Assembly: GCA_964016885.1 (NCBI GenBank)
Contig: CAXHJY010000275.1
Location: 186,001 to 250,000 of the forward strand
Direction of reading: 5' to 3'
DNA: 64,000 bases
Source: Eledone cirrhosa
Lineage: Eukaryota
Notes under the pieces: model-generated
The model's input: the letters and a program-made list of their open reading frames with translations, nothing else
Databases searched by the model: none
Told to the model about the DNA's origin: nothing
Translations under genes and position numbers: made by a program
Part shown: in pieces, positions 11,301-21,563 of the stretch
Layout of the letters: every line of letters begins with the position of its first letter
Position numbering within the stretch: the stretch's first letter is position 1

Positions 11301-14300
11301 TAGCTTCAGTGAAGTACTGGTTAGTTGTAGCAGTCACTGTAGCTTTGGTGTAGTACTGGTTAGTTGTAGCAGTCACTGTCGCTTTGGTGTAGTACTGGTT
11401 AGTTGTGACAGTCACTGTAGCTTTGGTGTAGTACTGGTTAGTTGTAGCAGTCACTGTAGCTTTGGTGTAATACTGGTTAGTTGTAGCACTCACTGTAGCT
11501 TTGGTGTAGTACTAGTTAGTTGTAGCAGTCACTGTAGCTTTGGTGTAGTACTGGTTGGTTGTAGCAGTCACTGTAGCTTTGGTGTAGTACTGGTTAGTTG
11601 TAGCATTCACTGCAACTTTGGTGTAATACTGGTTAGTTGTAGCAGTCACTGTAGCTTTGGTGTAGTACTGGTTAGTTGTAGCAGTCACTGTAGCTTTGGT
11701 GTAGTACTGGTTAGTTGTAGCATTCACTGTAGCTTTGGTGTAGTACTGGTTAGTTGTAACAGTCACTGTAGCTTTGGTGTAGTACTGGGTAGTTGTATCA
11801 GTCACTGTAGCTTTGGTGTAATACTAGTTAGTTGTAACAGTCACTGTAGCTTTGGTGTAATACTAGTTAGTTCTAACAGTCACTGTAGCTTTGGTGTAAT
11901 ACTGGTTAGTTGTAACAGTCACTGTAGCTTTGGTGTAATACTAGTTAGTTGTAGCAGGCACTGTAGCTTTGGTGTAATACTAGTTAGTTGTAGCAGTCAC
12001 TGTAGTTTTGGTGTAATACTGGTTAGTTGTAGCAGTCACTGTAGCTTTGCTGTAGTACTGGTTAGTTGTAGCAGCCACTGCAGCTTTGGTGTAATACTGG
12101 TTAGTTGTAGCAGTGACTGTAGTTTGGTGTAATACTGGTTAGTTGTGGCAGTGACTGTAGCTTTGGTGTAATACTGGTTAGTTGTAGCAGTCACTGTAGC
12201 TTTGTAGTAATACTGGTTAGTTGTAGCAGTCACTGTAGCTTCAGTGCAATACTGGTTAGTTGTAGCAGTCTCTGTAGTTTGATGTAGTACTGGTTAGTTG
12301 TGACAGTCACTGTAGCTTTGGTGTAATACTGGTTAGTTGTAGCACTCACTGTAGCTTTGGTGTAGTACTAGTTAGTTGTAGCAGTCACTGTAGCTTTGGT
12401 GTAGTACTGGTTGGTTGTAGCAGTCACTGCAACTTTGGTGTAATACTGGTTAGTTGTAGCAGTCACTGTAGCTTTGGTGTAGTACTGGTTAGTTGTAGCA
12501 CTCACTGTAGCTTTGGTGTAGTACTAGTTAGTTGTAGCAGTCACTGTAGCTTTGGTGTAGTACTGGTTAGTTGTAGCAGTCACTGTAGCTTTGGTGTAGT
12601 ACTGGTTAGTTGTAGCACTCACTGTAGCTTTGGTGTAGTACTAGTTAGTTGTAGCAGTCACTGTAGCTTTGGTGTAGTACTGGTTAGTTGTAGCAGTCAC
12701 TGTAGCTTTGGTGTAATACTGGTTAGTTGTAGCAGTCACTGTAGCTTTGGTGTAATACTAGTTAGTTGTAGCAGTCACTGCAGCTTTGGTGTAGTACTGG
12801 TTAGTTGTAGCAGTCACTGTAGCTTTGGTGTAGTACTGGTTAGTTGTAACAGTCACTGTAGCTCTGGTGTAGTACTAGTTAGTTGTAACAGTCACTGTAG
12901 CTTTGGTGTAATACTAGTTAGTTGTAACAGTCACTGTAGCTTTGGTGTAATACTGGTTAGTTGTAGCAGTCACTGTAGCTTTGGTGTAATACTGGTTAGT
13001 TGTAGCAGTCACTGTAGCTTTGGTGTAATACTGGTTAGTTGTAGCAGTCACTGTAGATTTGGTGTAATACTGGTTAGTTGTAGCAGTCACTGTAGCTTTG
13101 CTGTAGTACTGGTTAGTTGTAGCAGTCACTGTAGATTTGGTGTAATACTGGTTAGTTGTAGCAGTGACTGTAGTTTGGTGTAATACTGGTTAGTTGTGGC
13201 AGTGACTGTAGCTTTGGTGTAATACTGGTTAGTTGTAGCAGTCACTGTAGCTTTGGTGTAGTACTGGTTAGTTGTAGCAGTCACTGCAGCTTTGGTGTAG
13301 TACTGGTTAGTTGTAGCACTCACTGTAGTTTGGTGTAATACTGGTTAGTTGTAACAGTCACTGTAGCTTTGGTGTAGTACTGGTTAGTTGTAGCAGTCAC
13401 TGTAGCTTTGGTGTAGTACTGGTTAGTTGTAGCAGCCACTGTAGCTTTGGTGTAATACTGGTTAGTTGTAGCAGTCACTGTAGCTTTGGTGTAATACTGG
13501 TTAGTTGTAGCAGTCACTGTAACTTTGGTGTAATACTGGTTAGTTGTAGCAGTCACTGCAGCTTTGGTGTAGTACTGGTTAGTTGTGGCAGTCACTGTAG
13601 CTTTGGTGTAATACTAGGTAGTTGTAGCAGTCACTGTAGCTTTGGTGTAGTACTGGTTAGTTGTGGCAGTCACTGTAGCTTTGGTGTAATACTGGTTAGT
13701 TGTAGCAGCCACTGCAGCTTAGGTGTAGTACTGGTTAGTTGTAGGAGTCACTGTAGCTTTGGTGTAATACTGGTTAGTTGTGGCAGTCACTGTAGCTTCA
13801 GTGTAGTACTGGTTAGTTGTAGCAGTCACTGTAGCTTTGGTGTAATACTGGTTAGTTGTAGCAGTCACTGTACATTTGGTGTAGTACTGGTTAGTTGTAG
13901 CAATCACTGTAGCTTTGATGTAATACTGGTTAGTTGTAGCAGCCACTGTAGCTTTGGTGTAGTACTGGTTAGTTGTAGCAGTCACTGTAGCTTCAGTGCA
14001 ATACTGGTTAGTTGTAGCAGCCACTGTAGCTTTGGTGTAATACTGGTTAGTTGTAGCAGTCACTGTAGCTTTGGTGTAGTACTGGTTAGTTGTAGCAGTC
14101 ACTGTAGCTTTGGTGTAGTACTGGGTAGTTGTAGAAGTCACTGTAGCTTTGGTGTAATACTAGTTAGTTGTAACAGTCACTGTAGCTTTGGTGTAATACT
14201 GGTTAGTTGTAACAGTCACTGTAGCTTTGGTGTAATACTAGTTAGTTGTAACAGTCACTGTAGCTTTGGTGTAATACTGGTTAGTTGTAGCAGCCACTGT

Positions 14301-16857
14301 AGCTTTGGTGTAGTACTGGTTAGTTGTAGCAGTCACTGTATCTTTGATGTAATACTGGTTAGTTGTAGCAGTCACTGTAGCTTTGGTGTAATACTGGTTA
14401 GTTGTAGCAGTCACTGTAGCTTTGGTGTAATACTGGTTAGTTGTAGCAGTCACTGTAGCTTTGGTGTAATACTGGTTAGTTGTAGCAGTCAGTGTAGCTT
14501 TGGTGTAGTACTGGTTAGTTGTAACAGTCACTGTAGCTTTGGTGTAGTACTGGGTAGTTGTATCAGTCACTGTAGCTTTGGTGTAATACTAGTTAGTTGT
14601 AACAGTCACTGTAGCTTTGGTGTAATACTGGTTAGTTGTAGCAGTCACTGTAGCTTTGGTGTAGTACTAGTTAGTTGTAGCAGTCACTGTAGCTTGAGTG
14701 TAATACTGGTTAGTTGTAGCAGTCACTGTAGCTTTGGTGTGGTACTGGTTAGTTGTAGCAGTCACTGCAGCTTTGGTGTAATACTAGTTAGTTGTAGCAG
14801 TCACTGTAGTTTGGTGTAATACTGGTTAGTTGTAGCAGCCACTGTAGCTTTGGTGTAGTACTGGTTAGTTGTAGCAGTCACTGTAGCTTTGGTGTAGTAC
14901 TGGTTAGTTGTAGCAGTCACTGCAGCTTTGGTGTAATACTAGTTAGTTGTAGCAGTCACTGTAGCTTTGGTGTAATACTAGTTAGTTGTAGCAGTCACTG
15001 TAGTTTGGTGTAATACTGGTTAGTTGTAGCAGTCACTGTAGCTTCAGTGTAGTACTGATTAGTTGAAGCAGTCACTGTAGCTTTGGTGTAGTACTGATTA
15101 GTTGTAGCAGTCACTGTAGCTTTGGTGTAGTACTGGGTAGTTGTAGCAGCCACTGTAGCTTTGGTGTAATACTGGTTAGTTGTAGCAGTCACTGTAGCTT
15201 TGGTGTAATACTGGTTAGTTGTAACAGTCACTGTAGCTTTGGTGTAATACTAGTTAGTTGTAACAGTCACTGTAGCTTTGGTGTAATACTGGTTAGTTGT
15301 AGCAGCCACTGTAGCTTTGGTGTAGTACTGGTTAGTTGTAGCAGTCACTGTAGCTTTGGTGTAATACTAGTTAGTTGTAGCAGTCACTGTAGTTTGGTGT
15401 AATACTGGTTAGTTGTAGCAGTCACTGTAGCTTCAGTGTAGTACTGATTAGTTGTAGCAGTCACTGTAGCTTTGGTGTAGTACTGGTTAGTTGTAGCAGT
15501 CACTGTAGCTTTGGTGTAGTACTGGGTAGTTGTAGCAGTCGCTGTAGCTTTGGTGTAATACTAGTTAGTTGTAACAGTCACTGTAGCTTTGGTGTAATAC
15601 TGGTTAGTTGTAACAGTCACTGTAGCTTTGGTGTAATACTGGTTAGTTGTAACAGTCACTGTAGCTTTGGTGTAATACTGGTTAGTTGTAGCAGCCACTG
15701 TAGCTTTGGTGTAGTACTGGTTAGTTGTAGCAGTCACTGTAGCTTTGGTGTAATACTTGTTGGTTGTAGCAGTCACTGTAGCTTTGCTGTAATACTAGTT
15801 AGTTGTAACAGTCACTGTAGCTTTGGTGTAATACTGGTTAGTTGTAGCAGCCACTGTAGCTTAGGTGTAGTACTGGTTAGTTGTAGCAGTCACTGTAGCT
15901 TTGGTGTAATACTAGTTAGTTGTAGCAGTCACTGTAGCTTTGGTGTAGTACTAGTTCGTTGTAGCTTCAGTGTAGTACTGGTTAGTTGTAGCAGCCACTG
16001 CAGCTTTGGTGTAATACTGGTTAGTTGTAGCAGTGACTGTAGCTTTGGTGTAATACTGGTTAGTTGTAGCAGTCACTGTAGCTTTGGTGTAATACTGGTT
16101 AGTTGTAGTAGTCACTGTAGCTTTGGTGTAATACTGGTTAGTTGTAGCAGTCACTGTAGCTTCAGTGCAATACTGGTTAGTTGTAGCAGTCCCTGTAGCT
16201 TTGGTGTAGTACTGGTTAGTTGTGACAGTCACTGTAGCTTTGGTGTAGTACTGGTTAGTTGTAGCAGTCACTGTAGCTTTGGTGTAGTACTAGTTAGTTG
16301 TAGCAGTCACTGTAGCTTTGGTGTAGTACTGGTTAGTTGTAGCAGTCACTGTAGCTTTGGTGTAGTACTGGTTAGTTGTAGCAGTCACTGTAGCTTTGGT
16401 GTAATACTGGTTAGTTGTAGCAGTCACTGTAACTTTGGTGTAATACTGGTTAGTTGTAGCAGTCACTGTAGCTTTGGTGTAATACTGGTTAGTTGTAGCA
16501 GTCACTGTAGATTTGGTGTAATACTGGTTAGTTGTAGCAGTCACTGTAACTTTGGTGTAATACTGGTTAGTTGTAGCAGCCACTGTAGCTTTGGTGTAAT
16601 ACTGGTTAGTTGTAGCAGTCACTGTAGCTTTGGTGTAATACTGGTTAGTTGTAGCAGTCACTGTAACTTTGGTGTAATACTGGTTAGTTGTAGCAGTCAC
16701 TGCAGCTTTGGTGTAGTACTGGTTAGTTGTAGCAGTCACTGTAGCTTTGGTGTAATACTAGTTAACTGTAGCAGTCACTGTAGCTTTGGTGTAATACTGG
16801 TTGGTTGTAGCAGTCACTGTAGCTTGAGTGTAATACTGGTTAGTTGTAGCAGTCACT
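8358..16857 (+). repeat. Left-domain HOR, copy 2 (8,500 bp = 219 monomers; rearranged at ~15160-16400)
   Basis: Near-identical to copy 1 up to ~15160. Monomers are then reshuffled, with an extra 12-bp-deleted unit at ~15960, before the match resumes. The start motif GTAGCTTTGGTGTAGTACTAG...CACTATAGCTTGAGTG recurs at 8358 and 16858. 8500+41 = 219x39. Confidence 0.88.
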
Positions 16858-19800
16858 GTAGCTTTGGTGTAGTACTAGTTAGTTGTAGCAGTCACTATAG
16901 CTTGAGTGTAATACTGGTTAGTTGTAGCAGTCACTGTAGCTTTGGTGTAATACTGGTTAGTTGTAACAGTCACTCTAGCTTTGGTGTAATACTGGTTAGT
17001 TGTAGCAGTCACTGTAGCTTTGGTGTAATACTAGTTAGTTGTAGCAATCACTGTAGCTTTGGTGTAATACTGGTTGGTTGTAGCAGTCACTGTAGCTTTG
17101 GTGTAATACTGGTTAGTTGTAGCAGTCACTGTAGATTTGGTGTAATACTGGTTAGTTGTAGCAGTCACTGTAGCTTTGCTGTAGTACTGGTTAGTTGTAG
17201 CAGTCACTGTAGATTTGGTGTAATACTGGTTAGTTGTAGCAGTCACTGTAGCTTTGCTGTAGTACTGGTTAGTTGTAGCAGTGACTGTAGTTTGGTGTAA
17301 TACTGGTTAGTTGTGGCAGTGACTGTAGCTTTGGTGTAGTACTAGTTAGTTGTAGCAGTCACTATAGCTTGAGTGTAATACTGGTTAGTTGTAGCAGTCA
17401 CTGTAGCTTTGGTGTAATACTGGTTAGTTGTAACAGTCACTGTAGCTTTGGTGTAATACTGGTTAGTTGTAGCAGTCACTGTAGCTTTGTAGTAATACTG
17501 GTTAGTTGTAGCAGTCACTGTAGCTTCAGTGCAATACTGGTTAGTTGTAGCAGTCTCTGTAGTTTGATGTAGTACTGGTTAGTTGTGACAGTCACTGTAG
17601 CTTTGGTGTAGTACTGGTTAGTTGTAGCAGTCACTGTAGCTTTGGTGTAATACTGGTTAGTTGTAGCAGTCACTGTAGCTTTGGTGTAGTACTGGTTAGT
17701 TGTAGCAGTCACTGCAGCTTTGGTGTAGTACTGGTTAGTTGTAGCACTCACTGTAGCTTTGGTGTAGTACTAGTTAGTTGTAGCAGTCACTGTAGCTTTG
17801 GTGTAGTACTGGTTAGTTGTAGCAGTCACTGTAGCTGTGGTGTAGTACTGGTTAGTTGTAGCAGTCACTGTAGCTTTGGTGTTGTACTGGTTAGTTGTAG
17901 CAGTCACTGTAGCTTTGGTGTAGTACTGGTTAGTTGTAGCAGTCACTGCAGCTTTGGTGTAGTACTGGTTAGTTGTAGCAGTCACTGTAGTTTGGTGTAA
18001 TACTGGTTAGTTGTAGCAGCCACTGTAGCTTTGGTGTAATACTGGTTGGTGGTAGCAGTCACTGTAGCTTTGGTGTAGTACTGATTAGTTGTAGCAGTCA
18101 CTGTAGCTTTGGTGTAATACTAGTTAGTTGTAGCAGTCACTGTAACTTTGGTGTAATACTGGTTGGTTGTAGCAGTCACTGTAGCTTTGGTGTAGTACTG
18201 GTTAGTTGTAGCAGTCACTGTAGCTTTGGTGTAATACTGGTTAGTTGTATCAGTCACTGTAGCTTTGGTGTAATACTAGTTAGTTGTAGCAGTCACTGCA
18301 GCTTTGGTGTAGTACTGGTTAGTTGTAGCAGTCACTGTAGCTTTGGTGTAATACTGGTTAGTTGTAGCAGTCACTGTTTTTTTGGTGTAGTACTGGTTAG
18401 TTGTAGCAGTCAGTGTAGTATTGGTTAGTTGTAGCATTCACTGTAGCTTCAGTGTAATACTGGTTAGTTGTAGCAATCACTGTAGCTTTGGTGTAATACT
18501 GGTTAGTTGTGGCAGTCTCTGTAGCTTCAGTGTAGTAGTGGTTAGTTGTAGCAGTCACTGTAGCTTTGGTGTAATACTGGTTAGTTGTAGCAGTCACTGT
18601 AGCTTTGGTGTAATACGAGTTAGTTGTAGCAGTCACTGTAGCTTTGGTGTAGTACTGGTTAGTTGTAGCAGTTACTGGAGCTTTGGTGTAATACTGGTTA
18701 GTTGTAGCAGTCCCTGTAGATTTGGTGTAGTACTGGTTAGTTGTGACAGTCACTGTAGCTTTGCTGTAGTACTGGTTAGTTGTAGCAGCCACTGCAGCTT
18801 TGGTGTAATACTGGTTAGTTGTAGCAGTGACTGTAGCTTTGGTGTAATACTGGTTAGTTGTAGCAGTCACTGTAGCTTCAGTGCAATACTGGTTAGTTGT
18901 AGCAGTCTCTGTAGCTTTGGTGTAGTACTGGTTAGTTGTGACAGTCACTGTAGCTTTGGTGTAGTACTGGTTAGTTGTAGCAGTCACTGTAGCTTTGGTG
19001 TAATACTGGTTAGTTGTAGCACTCACTGTAGCTTTGGTGTAGTACTAGTTAGTTGTAGCAGTCACTGTAGCTTTGGTGTAGTACTGTTTAGTTGTAGCAG
19101 TCACTGTAGCTTTGGTGTAGTACTGGTTAGTTGTAGCATTCACTGCAACTTTGGTGTAATACTGGTTAGTTATAGCAGTCACTGTAGCTTTGGTGTAGTA
19201 CTGGTTAGTTGTAGCAGTCACTGTAGCTTTGGTGTAGTACTGGTTAGTTGTAGCAGTCACTGTAGCTTTGGTGTAGTACTGGTTAGTTGTAACAGTCACT
19301 GTAGCTTTGGTGTAGTACTGGGTAGTTGTATCAGTCACTGTAGCTTTGGTGTAATACTAGTTAGTTGTAAGTAACAGTCACTGTAGCTTTGGTGTAATAC
19401 TAGTTAGTTGTAACAGTCACTGTAGCTTTGGTGTAATACTGGTTAGTTGTAACAGTCACTGTAGCTTTGGTGTAATACTAGTTAGTTGTAACAGTCACTG
19501 TAGCTTTGGTGTAATACTAGTTAGTTGTGACAGTCACTGTAGCTTTGGTGTAATACTGGTTAGTTGTAGCAGTCACTGTAGCTTTGGTGTAGTACTGGTT
19601 AGTTGTAGCAGTCACTGTAGCTTTGGTGTAGTACTGGTTAGTTGTAGCAGTCACTGTAGCTTTGGTGTAGTACTGGTTAGTTGTAGCAGTCACTGTAGCT
19701 TTGGTGTAATACTAGTTAGTTGTAGCAGTCACTGTAGCTTTGGTGTAGTACTAGTTCGTTGTAGCTTCAGTGAAGTACTGGTTAGTTGTAGCAGTCACTG

Positions 19801-20430
19801 TAGCTTTGGTGTAGTACTGGTTAGTTGTAGCAGTCACTGTCGCTTTGGTGTAGTACTGGTTAGTTGTGACAGTCACTGTAGCTTTGGTGTAGTACTGGTT
19901 AGTTGTAGCAGTCACTGTAGCTTTGGTGTAATACTGGTTAGTTGTAGCACTCACTGTAGCTTTGGTGTAGTACTAGTTAGTTGTAGCAGTCACTGTAGCT
20001 TTGGTGTAGTACTGGTTGGTTGTAGCAGTCACTGTAGCTTTGGTGTAGTACTGGTTAGTTGTAGCATTCACTGCAACTTTGGTGTAATACTGGTTAGTTG
20101 TAGCAGTCACTGTAGCTTTGGTGTAGTACTGGTTAGTTGTAGCAGTCACTGTAGCTTTGGTGTAGTACTGGTTAGTTGTAGCATTCACTGTAGCTTTGGT
20201 GTAGTACTGGTTAGTTGTAACAGTCACTGTAGCTTTGGTGTAGTACTGGGTAGTTGTATCAGTCACTGTAGCTTTGGTGTAATACTAGTTAGTTGTAACA
20301 GTCACTGTAGCTTTGGTGTAATACTAGTTAGTTGTAACAGTCACTGTAGCTTTGGTGTAATACTGGTTAGTTGTAACAGTCACTGTAGCTTTGGTGTAAT
20401 ACTAGTTAGTTGTAGCAGGCACTGTAGCTT
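16858..20430 (+). repeat. Left-domain HOR, truncated copy 3
   Basis: Matches copy 2 with whole-monomer gains and losses (offset 8578 for 8937->17515; 8461 for 10584->19045 and 11512->19973). The match ends just after the GCAGGCAC variant at ~20418. Confidence 0.85.
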
Positions 20431-20701
20431 CGGTGTAGTACTGGTTAGTTGTAGCACTCACTGTAGCTTTGGTGTGGTACTAGTTAGTTGTAGCAGTCAC
20501 TGTAGCTTTGGTGTAGTACTGGTTAGTTGTAGCAGTCACTGTAGCTTTGGTGTAGTACTGGTTAGTTGTAGCAGTCACTGTAGCTTTGGCGTAGTACTGG
20601 TTAGTTGTAGCAGTCACTGTAGCTTTGGTGTAATACTGGTTAGTTGTAGCAGTCACTGCAGCTTTGGTGTAGTACTGGTTAGTTGTAGCAGTCACTGTAG
20701 T

Positions 20702-21563
20702 TTGGTGTAATACTGGTTAGTTGTAGCAGCCACTGTAGCTTTGGTGTAATACTGGTTGGTTGTAGCAGTCACTGTAGCTTTGGTGTAGTACTGATTAGTT
20801 GTAGCAGTCACTGTAGCTTTGGTGTAATACTAGTTAGTTGTAGCAGTCACTGTAACTTTGGTGTAATACTGGTTGGTTGTAGCAGTCACTGTAGCTTTGG
20901 TGTAGTACTGGTTAGTTGTAGCAGTCACTGTAGCTTTGGTGTAATACTGGTTAGTTGTATCAGTCACTGTAGCTTTGGTGTAATACTAGTTAGTTGTAGC
21001 AGTCACTGCAGCTTTGGTGTAATACTGGTTAGTTGTAGCAGTCACTGTTTTTTTGGTGTAGTACTGGTTAGTTGTAGCAGTCACTGTTTTTTTGGTGTAG
21101 TACTGGTTAGTTGTAGCAGTCAGTGTAGTATTGGTGTAATACTGGTTAGTTGTAGCAGCCACTGTAGCTTTGGTGTAATACTGGTTGGTTGTAGCAGTCA
21201 CTGTAGCTTTGGTGTAGTACTGATTAGTTGTAGCAGTCACTGTAGCTTTGGTGTAATACTAGTTAGTTGTAGCAGTCACTGTAACTTTGGTGTAATACTG
21301 GTTGGTTGTAGCAGTCACTGTAGCTTTGGTGTAGTACTGGTTAGTTGTAGCAGTCACTGTAGCTTTGGTGTAATACTGGTTAGTTGTATCAGTCACTGTA
21401 GCTTTGGTGTAATACTAGTTAGTTGTAGCAGTCACTGCAGCTTTGGTGTAATACTGGTTAGTTGTAGCAGTCACTGTTTTTTTGGTGTAGTACTGGTTAG
21501 TTGTAGCAGTCACTGTTTTTTTGGTGTAGTACTGGTTAGTTGTAGCAGTCAGTGTAGTATTGG
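20702..21563 (+). repeat. 429-bp (11-monomer) tandem duplication at the domain boundary
   Basis: The variant series GCAGCC, GTTGGTT, CTGATT, GTAACTT, GTATCA, CTGCAG, T7, T7 starts at ~20702 and again at ~21131 (offset 429 = 11x39). Confidence 0.85.
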
